In this document: positions 1 to 9,279 of the stretch, one piece after another
Layout: the number at the start of each line of letters is the position of its first letter
Numbering within the stretch: position 1 is the first letter of the stretch
The notes under the pieces: model-generated
What the model was told of the DNA's origin: nothing
The model's database searches: none
What the model saw: the letters and a program-made list of their open reading frames with translations, nothing else
Source: an uncultured Acidobacteriota bacterium
GTDB lineage: Bacteria > Acidobacteriota > Thermoanaerobaculia > Multivoradales > UBA5704
NCBI GenBank assembly: GCA_963756455.1
Contig: CAVWNC010000004.1
Span: forward strand, 824,074-888,073
Length of the DNA stretch: 64,000 bases
Direction: 5' to 3'
Translations under genes and position numbers: made by a program

Positions 1-60
1 GAGGGCGAGGGGGGTCGCGACGCTGAAGACGCGGGCGACGCTCAAGTTTCTCTGGGCCAT
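1..60 (-). CDS. 5' end of probable TrbC/VirB2-type pilin (runs off window)
   Basis: ATG at 60 with AAGGAGAG RBS just downstream of trbB; reads MAQRNLSVARVFSVATPLAL (signal-like). Identity inferred from trbB-trbC gene order only. Confidence 0.45.
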   Translation of the reverse strand, partial: MAQRNLSVARVFSVATPLAL

Positions 61-72
61 GCATCTCTCCTT

Positions 73-1038
73 TCAGAGGGTTTCGAGACGGGGTTGGTCG
101 CCGGACAGCCCGCGGACGCGGACGAGATCGGTGACCCGGCGGCCGAGGTTGTCGCCGGCGGTGATGACGACGAGATCGATCGTTCGAGCGATCTCGGGGA
201 GTTGCGAGGGAACGCCGTTTCTCTGCGCGAGCCGGTCGAGCCGGAAGAGGGCGCCCTGCGGATCGGTCGCGTGGAGGGTCGCGCAGCCGCCCGGGTGCCC
301 GGTCCCCCAGGCGTCGACCAAGTCGAGCGCCGAGTGGTCGCGGACCTCGCCGACGATGATTCGGGTCGGGGAGGCGCGGAGCGTGGCGCGGACCAGATCC
401 GCGAGCGAGATCCCGGGGCAGGTGCGGAGGGCGAGGTGATCCGCGGCCACGCACTGAAGCTCGATCGTGTCCTCCAGGATCACCAGCCGATCGGTCGGGC
501 AGAGCTCCGCGATCTCGGCGAGAAGGGCGTTGGCGAAGGTCGTCTTGCCGGATCGCGTGCCGCCGGCAACAAGGATGTTTTGGCGCTCCAAGACCGCCTG
601 GCGCAAGGCCAGGCGGTGCTCAGGCCGGAGGACCCGGGTCTCGACGAGCTCGTCGAGCCGGTAGACGCGGGCCGGTGGATTGCGGACGACGAAAGTCACC
701 TCCGGGACGCAGGGAGGAACAAACCCCTGAAGCCGGGCACCTCGAAAGGTTCCCCGCGGAAGCTCGGCCTCGAGCATCGGCGAGGCGTCGCTTAAGGGTG
801 TCCCGAGCGAGCTCGCGACGGTGTTGAGAAAAGCCCGGGTTCGGTTGGCTTCGAGGACGAGCTCCGTGGCATTGCGCCCTTGGGAGCGCGTGTCGACGCG
901 CACCCGGCCGTCCGGATTGACATAGAGCTCGGTGACGTCCGCGTCCGCCAGGAGGGCCGAGACCTCCGGCCCCAGCAGGCGTTCCATGATCTCTGCGAAG
1001 TGTGGACCTGAAGAGGGCCCAGCCACGGAGCGTTCCAT
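73..1038 (-). CDS. trbB: P-type conjugative transfer ATPase TrbB (VirB11 family)
   Basis: VTELYVNPDG, Walker A GGTRSGKTT, Asp box ILEDTIEL, RIIVGEVR, His box TGHPGGCATLHA. Confidence 0.9.
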   Translation of the reverse strand: MERSVAGPSSGPHFAEIMERLLGPEVSALLADADVTELYVNPDGRVRVDTRSQGRNATELVLEANRTRAFLNTVASSLGTPLSDASPMLEAELPRGTFRGARLQGFVPPCVPEVTFVVRNPPARVYRLDELVETRVLRPEHRLALRQAVLERQNILVAGGTRSGKTTFANALLAEIAELCPTDRLVILEDTIELQCVAADHLALRTCPGISLADLVRATLRASPTRIIVGEVRDHSALDLVDAWGTGHPGGCATLHATDPQGALFRLDRLAQRNGVPSQLPEIARTIDLVVITAGDNLGRRVTDLVRVRGLSGDQPRLETL

Positions 1039-1046
1039 GGCCGCGA

Positions 1047-1075
1047 ACGGTACACGAAAGAGAGTGACTCGTCAA
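1047..1075 (-). promoter_or_regulatory. Candidate sigma70 promoter of trbB
   Basis: TTGACG - 17 nt - TACCGT on minus strand, ending 8 nt before the trbB ATG. Confidence 0.45.
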
Positions 1076-1206
1076 CGTTAAGATAGCCGTGAGTAGGTTA
1101 TTAGTTTGCAGTCTAGTCAGATTGAAAGCCGCCATGTTCGATGTGTTCGGGGTTCCGCCCGGGGCCGAGCCCCTCACGCCTCCCTACAGCCGCGCTGTCA
1201 GGGCTA

Positions 1207-1710
1207 TGCATTCTCTTCGACGACCTCGCCGTCAACCAGGTCCTCTCCCCCACTGTCCCGCCGACGCGGTGCACGTCCCGAGTCTCTCGTCCGAGCCGAA
1301 AAGAGGAGCAAGCAGGCGAGCAAGCTCGGCGGCGGTTCGTCGAGTTCTTCACCGCCGAGAACCGCAACTACCCGAAGGGCCTACGGCTCTGCCGTAGGCC
1401 GCTTCCTCTGCTGGTGCGAGGTCCGCGGTCTCACCCTTGAGACTCTTGTATCCCTTCCTCGTCGCCTCCTACATCGAGGAGCTCGCGGCGACTCACGCGG
1501 TCGCCTCGGTCAAGCAGCATCTGGCGGCGCTGCGCATGCTCTTCGACAACCTGGTCGTCGGCCAGGCCCTTCCCCCACAACCCGGCTGACGCCGTCCGCG
1601 GTCCGCGCCTTGTCATCCGCGCCGGCAAGACACCGGTCCTCCAGGAGGAGCCCGGCACCCTGCTCGCCGCGATCGACGGAGTCGACCTGGTCGACCTCAC
1701 GGCGGGACGC
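1207..1710 (+). pseudogene. Degraded tyrosine recombinase/integrase (N-terminal SAM-like part only)
   Basis: Frameshifted pieces RRRFVEFFTAENRN / TRRAYGSAVGRFLCWCE / VASYIEEL..SVKQHLAALRMLFDNLVVGQ / HNPADAVRGPRLVIRAGKTPVL. Catalytic C-terminus absent; 1207-1290 partly duplicates the LFD..DAV segment. Confidence 0.75.
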
Positions 1711-1978
1711 TCAAGCGCGCCGCGGCGATCGCTGGCCAAGCCTCGACCCGGACGACGCAGCTCTACGGCCGCCGGCACGAGTTGGTGGAGCCTGACGAGA
1801 TTGAACGAGTGAAGTTCTCGGGGGCGAGCCTAAGCCTGGAGACTCGCTGATCGGAGCCTCCGACTTCCTGAAGAATCCTGCGGCCTGGGAGCCAGCGCTC
1901 GAGAGCTCCAAGAGCGTTCCCGGCGCACCGCCGCGCCGGCCGATCCAGGCGCGCCAGGCGAGGAAGCCACCCCTCTAC

Positions 1979-2233
1979 CTACGGAAACTCCGAGGAGCGC
2001 AGCTTTCGGTCCGCTTCCTCCGCCCCCGCAGCCCCTTCCTCCCACCAGGTGACCCGGCCGGCCTCGTCGACGACGGCGGCGAAGCTCCGCGGCTGCCGCT
2101 TCTGGCCTTCGTAGAAGCCGGCCCAGAGCCGCTCCTTGTCGGTCCAGGCGCCGACGTCGCCGATCCCGACGTCGAAGGCGCGGCCGATCGCCAGCCGCAG
2201 GCCCTCGATCGCTTCGCTCCTCGTTCTGGGCAT
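1979..2233 (-). CDS. Small hypothetical protein (84 aa)
   Basis: ATG with GAGAGGAG RBS; normal protein composition. Confidence 0.5.
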   Translation of the reverse strand: MPRTRSEAIEGLRLAIGRAFDVGIGDVGAWTDKERLWAGFYEGQKRQPRSFAAVVDEAGRVTWWEEGAAGAEEADRKLRSSEFP

Positions 2234-2427
2234 CCTGACACTCTCCTCTCGTTGGTGATCGCCGTTCGGTCCTGGCTCCCCGCTCCCCCGTCGCCCGGGG
2301 TTATTCGATGCAGCCAGGCCAGCGCCCGCCGCTTACTGTCGCCGTTCGCTACCCTCGGAGAGGGGTCGCGGACGGAAGTCTCATGCCGAGCTCTTTCCCG
2401 GGGATCGGTTTCTCATCCACCTCACTC

Positions 2428-2530
2428 GGGCGAGGCTAAGGCCAGGGGCCGGACTTTGCCTCCAAGTTTCCGGACGTGCGTCCTTCAGCCGGCCGAAGGC
2501 CGGCACCTTGGAGCGCCCTGCAACCCTGGC
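2428..2530 (+). repeat. Structured repeat family A, copy 1
   Basis: Near-copy at 63906-64000; nested inverted repeats GGCCAGGG/CCCTGGCC, CTCCAAG/CTTGGAG, GGAC/GTCC, GCCGGCC/GGCCGGC. Confidence 0.75.
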
Positions 2531-2581
2531 CTTTTCGCTCTGCCCGTGGCGGATGAACCGACACCCCGAAAAGGAGACGAC

Positions 2582-3106
2582 ATGAGCGCATCCCTCCCCC
2601 TTCCGATCTCGATCGCAGAGGCGATCGTAGCCATCGAGACGCGCCTCGACGCTCACCCCACCGCCCCGGTGACCCCGCCGCTCCGTGCGGCTCTGAGCCG
2701 CCTGCTCCAGTTCCCGGTGGGCTCTCCCCTTCCCGACCTGGAGGAATACGAGCCCGCGTTCATCGCCGCCGAGCGAGCGAACCAGGCCGCCTTCGATCGC
2801 AATCTCTTCGTGATGGAGAACTTCGTCGTGGCCTTCGTCTCGGAGTGTCAGGCCGCCCTACCCGGGCCGACCGAAGTCGCCTGGATGGAGGCCCTGCACG
2901 ACTCAATGCTCGCGCATCTCCGGCTCTGGTTTCGGGCCTACTCTCGGGAGATCCGCCCGGACGAGATCCCGAGCGATATCGAGGGCTGGAGCCTCTGCCG
3001 CCTCGTAGCCGCCTTCCAGACCGCGAATGCGGTCGACCCAGACCTCTTCCCCTACCAACCCCTCACCCCCGCCGAGCTCGTCGCCCTCTCGGCGAACCTC
3101 TGTTGA
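2582..3106 (+). CDS. Hypothetical protein (174 aa) downstream of repeat A
   Basis: ATG at 2582 preceded by GAAAAGGAGA RBS; the longer 2252 start is unlikely. Confidence 0.6.
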   Translation: MSASLPLPISIAEAIVAIETRLDAHPTAPVTPPLRAALSRLLQFPVGSPLPDLEEYEPAFIAAERANQAAFDRNLFVMENFVVAFVSECQAALPGPTEVAWMEALHDSMLAHLRLWFRAYSREIRPDEIPSDIEGWSLCRLVAAFQTANAVDPDLFPYQPLTPAELVALSANLC

Positions 3107-3240
3107 GATCCTCCCCCGGCCGGCGATCTCTTCGCCGCCGGCCTCAAATCGAAGGAAAGGCGGATGGGAGGGCGACAGCTGCATAGGTGCAGCCGCCCGG
3201 TGCGGCGGGGGTCATAACAACGGACGGGAGGTGAGCTGAG

Positions 3241-3280
3241 GGCTAAGGGCTTGATTCTGCTGGTGCGGCTGGGAGGACTC
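3241..3280 (-). other. att-like site: 20-nt tRNA 3' end fragment plus flanking motif
   Basis: Minus strand GAGT-CCTCC-CAGCCGC-A-CCA (T-loop end, T-stem, acceptor arm, discriminator, CCA) followed by GCAGAATCAAGCCCTTAGCC; no 5' tRNA half. Confidence 0.6.
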
Positions 3281-3317
3281 TACCCTGACCTTGAGTTTAG
3301 GAAACCCAATCCGCGCC

Positions 3318-3407
3318 TGTCTCTCATTGTTTTCTGGTGATCTACAGTGTCTCTATTGTCACTCGAATCAACGATTTACCGCAACTGCCGTTCGCACAAC
3401 AGAGACA
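3318..3407. promoter_or_regulatory. Candidate RepA-binding repeats / oriV
   Basis: TGTCTCTCATTGT (3318), TGTCTCTATTGT (3348) and inverted TGTCTCTGTTGT (3396-3407) in a more AT-rich stretch upstream of repA. Confidence 0.4.
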
Positions 3408-3541
3408 CGACAACCACCCAGGAGACGCCGAGGGGCAGACATCAGGGTGCCAAATGAGGGCCAAGGAAACTCATCCGCCCTTCTCCCTTGGCCATGGTTC
3501 GCTGACTTCTGGGACGCAGAGTCGGACCTCCTGGAGGTCCG

Positions 3542-4570
3542 ATGAGCAGCGGCAAGCGGCCTGCGCAGAAGATGCGCAAACAACAGATTCCCAGCCGCTG
3601 GCTGGACCAGGTAAAGCTCAATCCGCCTCCGGAGCTCGCGGCGGAAGACTTGAGATCGATGGCCCTCTCGGTTTCCAAGGAAAACGGACTCCTACCTGCC
3701 CCTGGCTCTGAACCCACCCTTGCCGATCGTCCCGACGACCCCAACTCCCTCCTTCTCGCCGCCAAGGCTCTGGTCTTCTGCGGCTTCCCCTACAAGCGAA
3801 GCCCCTTGACCACGATCACCCGCGAGGCCCAACTCGGCTCCGACACCCACCTGACCGTCTACTTCTCGACGACGGAGCCCGACGTCCCCATCCCCTTCGG
3901 CGCCGACCGCGCCCTCCTCGCCTGGATCACCACCCTCACCTACGACACCGGCTTCGTCAACTTCGCCAGCCTGACCGACTTCTTCGAGGCCTTTCAACTC
4001 GCTCGCTCCGGGGTGCAGTACCAGCGCTTCGAGGAGCGCCTGCAACGCCTCCTCAGCCTCTCGCTGACCCTGCTCCTGCGAACCCCGAGCGGCACCGCCC
4101 GGCTCAACATGAGACCGATCCAGAAGGCCTATACGCCGAGGGACGGGGCCGAGGCCCGGCAACTCCTGGCGACCGAGAACCGCTCCCAACTCTCCTTCCT
4201 ACCCGTCGATCTGAGGCGGTACGGGGTCGTCCTCGACCCGGCATTCCATGACTACCTGCGCAACAGCCCCGTAGTCCTGCCGTTGCGCCTGATGCGCAGG
4301 TTGCACAACCGCCCCCTCTTCTGGGACGGCGCCTCTTACCTCCTTTACCGGTGTTGGTCGGCCGTAACCCCGTCCCGGATCACCTGGCGGCGCATCCGAC
4401 GACAACTCGCGAGCATCGACCAGCACGATCGTCGTCTCGCTTCTACCCTCAACTGCGTCGCCGAGGAGATCCGCAGCGATTATCCCGACTTCCCTGCGCA
4501 GGTGGAGAAGGGTACCCACGATCTACTGGTGGGACCCTGGCGGCCGCCGCAGGAGCATTTCCGCCCTTAA
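3542..4570 (+). CDS. repA: Plasmid replication protein RepA (RepA_C/IncW-like family)
   Basis: LVFCGFPYKR, IPFGADRALLAWITT, SLTDFF..GVQYQRFEERLQRL, FHDYLRNSPV motifs resemble this family. Confidence 0.75.
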   Translation: MSSGKRPAQKMRKQQIPSRWLDQVKLNPPPELAAEDLRSMALSVSKENGLLPAPGSEPTLADRPDDPNSLLLAAKALVFCGFPYKRSPLTTITREAQLGSDTHLTVYFSTTEPDVPIPFGADRALLAWITTLTYDTGFVNFASLTDFFEAFQLARSGVQYQRFEERLQRLLSLSLTLLLRTPSGTARLNMRPIQKAYTPRDGAEARQLLATENRSQLSFLPVDLRRYGVVLDPAFHDYLRNSPVVLPLRLMRRLHNRPLFWDGASYLLYRCWSAVTPSRITWRRIRRQLASIDQHDRRLASTLNCVAEEIRSDYPDFPAQVEKGTHDLLVGPWRPPQEHFRP

Positions 4571-4999
4571 GCCTCTTCCTATTGTCTTCCACAGTTCACT
4601 GCGGCCCGCCACGGCACCCGCGGCCCATAGGGAAAGCCGAATCACGAGACCGCGGAGTTGATCGTCCATGAGCCGAATCGAAAATCTGCGGCGATCAAAA
4701 CCATCAGCACCGTAGCCTAGATGGCTTCCCCGAACTCGGGACGCTCGCGGGGATAAGTGGCCTCGGTGAGCTCCACCCGGGTGCCCCGGTGAGGTATAGG
4801 GGCGTACCCCGATGCCCGGAAAGTGTCGGCGATCCATCCCCCTCGCCAACCGTGGCATCGGGGGTCCTACCAGCGGGGTCTGAGAACAAGGATCGCTCTA
4901 GGCCGGGGGCCTTACGTTAGCTTTGGGAGGTAGTCTGCGACATCCGTCTTTACTCCGCATTCGGTTTTCTGCCAAGATTGCTTTAGCTCTGACAGAGAT

Positions 5000-7090
5000 A
5001 TGTCCGCCGCACGCCACGCCCTGTTGATCGGCATCAACCGGTATCCGCAGATCCCGGGCGCGGATCTCCAGGGGTGCGTCAGCGACTTGGAGCTAATGCG
5101 CTCCCTCCTCATAGATCGCTTCGGCTTCCCCGCCGACAGCACCCGGGGGTTGCGCAACGAAGAGGCGACGCAGCAGGGGATCCGAGACGCGCTCGCCGAG
5201 CTCGCCTCCGGGGTGGGAGAGGGCGATGTCGTTGTCCTCTTCTACGCTGGCCACGGCTCACGGCTGGCGGATCCCCGCCAAATGGATCGCATGATCGAGT
5301 CGATTGTCCCCTACGACAGCGGGCGCGGCGAGCTGCCCAACCTCGACATCATCGACGAGGAGATCGACCGGTGGGTCCAGGGGGTGAACCAGAAGACACC
5401 CTTCGTCACCCTGATCTTCGACTGCTGCCACTCGGGCTCGGTGACCCGCGACCCCTTCGGCGAGGCGACCCGCGAGGCCCCCGCCGATCTCCGCTCACCG
5501 GCCGAGATGTTTGGTGGCGGACCGGTGCCGGAGGTCTTCGCCGCCACCCGCGTGGTCCGAGCGGATCCAGCCGAGAAAAAGGGGACGGCCGGTTGGCTGT
5601 CAGGACGGCGGCGCGCGGTGGTGATCGCTGCTTGCCAAGCGGACGAGTATGCCAACGAGCTCAAGACCTTCACCGGCGAGAAGGTGGTCAAGTACGGCGC
5701 ACTCACCTATTTCTTGGGCCAGGCGCTGCTGCGGGCGCAGTCGGGCGCCACCTGGCGGGACGTCTTCGAGCAGACCACTCCGGTCCTCACGGCGAAGTAC
5801 GGCCGCCAGCATCCGCTCCTCGAGGGCAGGATCGATGAGCTGCTTTTCGACACCCAGGAGATCCGGCCCGCCTCCTACCTGCAGGTGCTGGCGGCGAGCG
5901 ACGGCAGGGTCGATCTCGGCGGCGGTGGAGCTCATGGCTTGCGGCCGGGCTCTCTATGGACTGTGCGCTCGTCCGGTGCCCACCACCGCGAGGCAGGCGA
6001 CGAGATCGCTGTTGTCGAGGTGCAGACGGTGCGCGCGGCGTCTTCCACAGCGCGAGTGATCGAAACGCAGCGGCCCGACCTTCTCGCCGCTGGGTTACGG
6101 GCCTTCCTGCGCGAGCAGCGGCTGCCGGAGCCCGGCCTCACACTGGCCATCGCTGCGCCCGAAGAGCCGCGTGCCCGGCTTGTGGAGGCTCTGGTCGACA
6201 CCCTCCTTCTCCGACGGGTCGAGGAGGCCAAGGAGGCCGACGTGCTGGTCCGCTGCCTCGAACCGCGGCAGGCCGCCGGTCCTGACGATCCCTGCCCCGC
6301 GGTGGGCCCCCTGGTGGAGAGAACCTGGGCAGCTGTCGGGCGCGACGGCCGTCTCGCCGTGCGCTTGCGGCCGGACCGGCCCGAAGAGATGCGCGGCCTG
6401 CTCGACGACCTCGCCGGTGCCGGCCGCTACCGCCAGCTCCTGGCCCTCGACAACCTGGACCCGTCGAGCCGTCTGAGAGGCCGCGTCCTGCTGCGAGCCA
6501 AGCGCTGGAATCCCGACCAGAAGACCTTTGCCGACGCCCTGCCGGAAGCGGGCATTGGCATGATCGTCTTCCGCGCGGGCGAGAAAGCCGATTTTGAGGT
6601 CATCAACAATCATGATGCTCCGGTCTGGGTCACCCTGGTGCAGTTCGGCTGCGACGGCAAGATCGAGCTGCTGATGCCGATGCCCGGACACGCCACCTAC
6701 GCCCGAGGGGGGTTGCGGATCGGGCCGGGAGAGATCCTCCACCTAGCCGCCGATTACTACCGTCAGGATCCGCAGTTCGCCGATGCGGCGCTCGAAGGTC
6801 TACCTTTACATCTGCCGGCAGGTTTCCCTTGGGCGGCCGAGCCGGGAGAGCAGGCGGAACGGGGCTACGTCACGCTCAAACTTCTGGTAACCCCGGCGAC
6901 CGCCGATTTCGAATTCCTGGAGCAGGAGGCCACGCGGGCCGCGACCGCGGCCGGCCGCAACCCGCTTGAGCAACTCGCCCTGCTCTACGCCATGGGAGAG
7001 GGGAAGCGAAGCTTCCGCCCCGCGCCCCTGGAGACCGTTCCGGAGATGGACTGGGCGGCAGTGAGCCTGCCGATGGGAGTGCGGAGGTAG
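5000..7090 (+). CDS. Caspase family (peptidase C14) protein with C-terminal DUF4384-like domain
   Basis: HALLIGINRY, LQGCVSD, catalytic YAGHGS and FDCCHSG, AACQADEYANE, GALTYFL, QHP. Confidence 0.9.
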   Translation: MSAARHALLIGINRYPQIPGADLQGCVSDLELMRSLLIDRFGFPADSTRGLRNEEATQQGIRDALAELASGVGEGDVVVLFYAGHGSRLADPRQMDRMIESIVPYDSGRGELPNLDIIDEEIDRWVQGVNQKTPFVTLIFDCCHSGSVTRDPFGEATREAPADLRSPAEMFGGGPVPEVFAATRVVRADPAEKKGTAGWLSGRRRAVVIAACQADEYANELKTFTGEKVVKYGALTYFLGQALLRAQSGATWRDVFEQTTPVLTAKYGRQHPLLEGRIDELLFDTQEIRPASYLQVLAASDGRVDLGGGGAHGLRPGSLWTVRSSGAHHREAGDEIAVVEVQTVRAASSTARVIETQRPDLLAAGLRAFLREQRLPEPGLTLAIAAPEEPRARLVEALVDTLLLRRVEEAKEADVLVRCLEPRQAAGPDDPCPAVGPLVERTWAAVGRDGRLAVRLRPDRPEEMRGLLDDLAGAGRYRQLLALDNLDPSSRLRGRVLLRAKRWNPDQKTFADALPEAGIGMIVFRAGEKADFEVINNHDAPVWVTLVQFGCDGKIELLMPMPGHATYARGGLRIGPGEILHLAADYYRQDPQFADAALEGLPLHLPAGFPWAAEPGEQAERGYVTLKLLVTPATADFEFLEQEATRAATAAGRNPLEQLALLYAMGEGKRSFRPAPLETVPEMDWAAVSLPMGVRR

Positions 7091-7108
7091 GTACGCGAGG
7101 AGATTGCG

Positions 7109-7384
7109 GTGGCGATGAATTATCTCGATTTCAAGCTTCTCATCGGCGCTGGCGCATCAGGGATCTATAACGTTACGCTGCTCGATTCTCCGGGTAGTGG
7201 CGAGTGCCACCCCGCATGGAGATCCCGCTTGCCAATCCGCGGCTCCAGGGCTGTCTCTGGGCGATGGAATGGACGCGCAGCGAAGATGGGCGCAGCTTCG
7301 CTCCCCGTCCGGCAGCAAACGCCGATGCAGCCGCTCCGGCGGTTTCATCCGCAGCCTGAGGTCGAGGCGGAAATGGTCGCATGA
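7109..7384 (+). pseudogene. Truncated N-terminal fragment of a probable CHAT-domain protein
   Basis: MNYLDFKLLIG..YNVTLLDSPGSGE resembles CHAT-protein N-termini and has an RBS; the ORF then degenerates. Confidence 0.45.
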
Positions 7385-7483
7385 ATCGCCAATTGGCTGG
7401 GGCAGAAAGAATGGTTGATCAATTCACCGTTCGGGTTGGCATGTTTGTCGTCTACGGACTGATCCTCGAATCATTGTAAGGAG

Positions 7484-9082
7484 ATGATGATGACCTCGAC
7501 CGTCCTCGTTCTAGCGTTTCCAGGCCGCGAGGCCGATGCGGAGACCGCTCTCATCCGGCAGCACCTCGACGGAGGCGATTTCCGAGTCGAGACCGCCAGG
7601 ATCGAGCAAACCACGGATCTCATCGCGGCGCTAGTGGAATACGATCCGCCGATCGTCCATTTCGCCGGATCGGGCGGCGAGCTCATCGCCAATGGCAGCG
7701 CGCTCTCACCCGAAGGGCTAGGCAGCCTTTTCGCCAAGGCCGAAGCCGCCCCGGACTGTGTGCTGCTCAACGCCGACTTCAACCTGGAGCGTGTTGACGC
7801 TCTGCTCGATCTTGCCCGTTGCGTGGTCGGAACGCCGGGCGGCGACCGCAAGGCGGCGATGCGTTTCTGGGATGGCTTTTATCAGGCTATCGGCCGCGGA
7901 GAAGCGCCTGCGGCGGCTTTCGAGCGCGGCCGCGTCGCGGTCACTACCTTAGGTCTCGGCACAGAGCAGACTCCCCGCTTTGCGAGCCGCTACCCGAACA
8001 TCTTCGATGTCGAACGGGACCGCCTGCGCAGCGAGGACGCGGCGCCGTTGCGTGGGACGGTCTTCAAGGCTTTCAGCGAAAAGCCCTCCGAAACTCCTCT
8101 CTATCCGCTGTGGTTCGGCACCAACCGCGCGTTGGTGGACGCTGGCGATGTGACCAAGGGCTTCTCCGGCGAGCGCGACACGGCACTCCACTATGGCACC
8201 TGCCGGGTGGCAGTGCCCAGGTCGCACAGGATCGGCTCGGTGGGCTCGGCGTGGTGGAAGCGGCTGCTCACTGCCGAAGACGATCGGCTGCGACTGGACT
8301 GGAGCGCGCTCCGCCTGCTGGCCGACGAGGCTTTCTGGGCCGATCTCTCCCGCGCCTTAGCCGAGCGCGACGCCGGCCAGCGTATGGGGTTGGTGGTCAT
8401 CCACGGCTACAACGTGAGCTTCGAGTCCGCGGCGCTGCGGGCGGCGCAAATCGGCTTCGACCTCCAGGTTCCCGGCGCGACCGCCTTCTTCTCCTGGCCT
8501 TCGCGGGGCCGGTTCGCGGGCTATACCGCCGACGAGGCCACCATCCAGGCGAGCGAAAAACACATCGCGCAATTCCTTCTCGAATTCACACGTCGGAGCG
8601 GCGCCGACGAAGTTCACGTCATCGCCCACAGTATGGGCAATCGCGGCCTGCTGCGCGCCATGCAGCGCATCGTGGCAGAAGTCGGAGAGGCGACTCGGGT
8701 GACCTTCGGGCAGATCGTGCTCGCCGCACCGGACGAGGACCAAGAGGTCTTCACCGAGCTGTGCGCCGCCTATCGCAAGCTGGCTAGGCGAACCACCCTT
8801 TACGTCTCGGCCAAAGACAGGGCGGTGGCCACCTCGCTCTTGGTCCACGATGCGCCGCGGGTGGGTTTCACGCCGCCGGTGACCGTCGTCCCCGGTATCG
8901 ATACCGTGGAGGTGACGAACGTCGACGTCTCGCTTCTCGGCCACGGCTATTTCGCCGACGCCCGCGATCTGCTGCACGACATCCACAGCCTGTTGATCGC
9001 TGATGCGTCCCCCGCCAACCGCATGGGTTTACGGCCGGCGACCACGGCCGATGGCCGGGGCTACTGGGTGATTGAAGGGTAA
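7484..9082 (+). CDS. Degenerate CHAT-like domain fused to DUF900-type alpha/beta hydrolase
   Basis: N-terminus PPIVHFAGSG..CVLLNAD; C-terminus WFGTNR, IHGYNVSF, FSWPS, AHSMGN nucleophile, LAAPD, GHGYF. Confidence 0.85.
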   Translation: MMMTSTVLVLAFPGREADAETALIRQHLDGGDFRVETARIEQTTDLIAALVEYDPPIVHFAGSGGELIANGSALSPEGLGSLFAKAEAAPDCVLLNADFNLERVDALLDLARCVVGTPGGDRKAAMRFWDGFYQAIGRGEAPAAAFERGRVAVTTLGLGTEQTPRFASRYPNIFDVERDRLRSEDAAPLRGTVFKAFSEKPSETPLYPLWFGTNRALVDAGDVTKGFSGERDTALHYGTCRVAVPRSHRIGSVGSAWWKRLLTAEDDRLRLDWSALRLLADEAFWADLSRALAERDAGQRMGLVVIHGYNVSFESAALRAAQIGFDLQVPGATAFFSWPSRGRFAGYTADEATIQASEKHIAQFLLEFTRRSGADEVHVIAHSMGNRGLLRAMQRIVAEVGEATRVTFGQIVLAAPDEDQEVFTELCAAYRKLARRTTLYVSAKDRAVATSLLVHDAPRVGFTPPVTVVPGIDTVEVTNVDVSLLGHGYFADARDLLHDIHSLLIADASPANRMGLRPATTADGRGYWVIEG

Positions 9083-9279
9083 TTACTTTGTTTCACTTCA
9101 GGCTCCGCGCTGCCCACTCCGGGATTGCTCATTTCGGTTCGCGGCTCCGCGGTGCGGGTCCAGAGTCACCGGTATCGGCACAGACAAACCGGCATCATAG
9201 GATTCTGTAGTACCCAGTTTTCGCTGGACATACTCTTGGAAGTCGAAGGTCACCTAGGCCGCCCGCCTAGGGACGATCG

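Noticed and set aside
3261-3280. Complete tRNA gene
   Set aside because: Only the 3' 20 nt are present; no D-arm or anticodon arm
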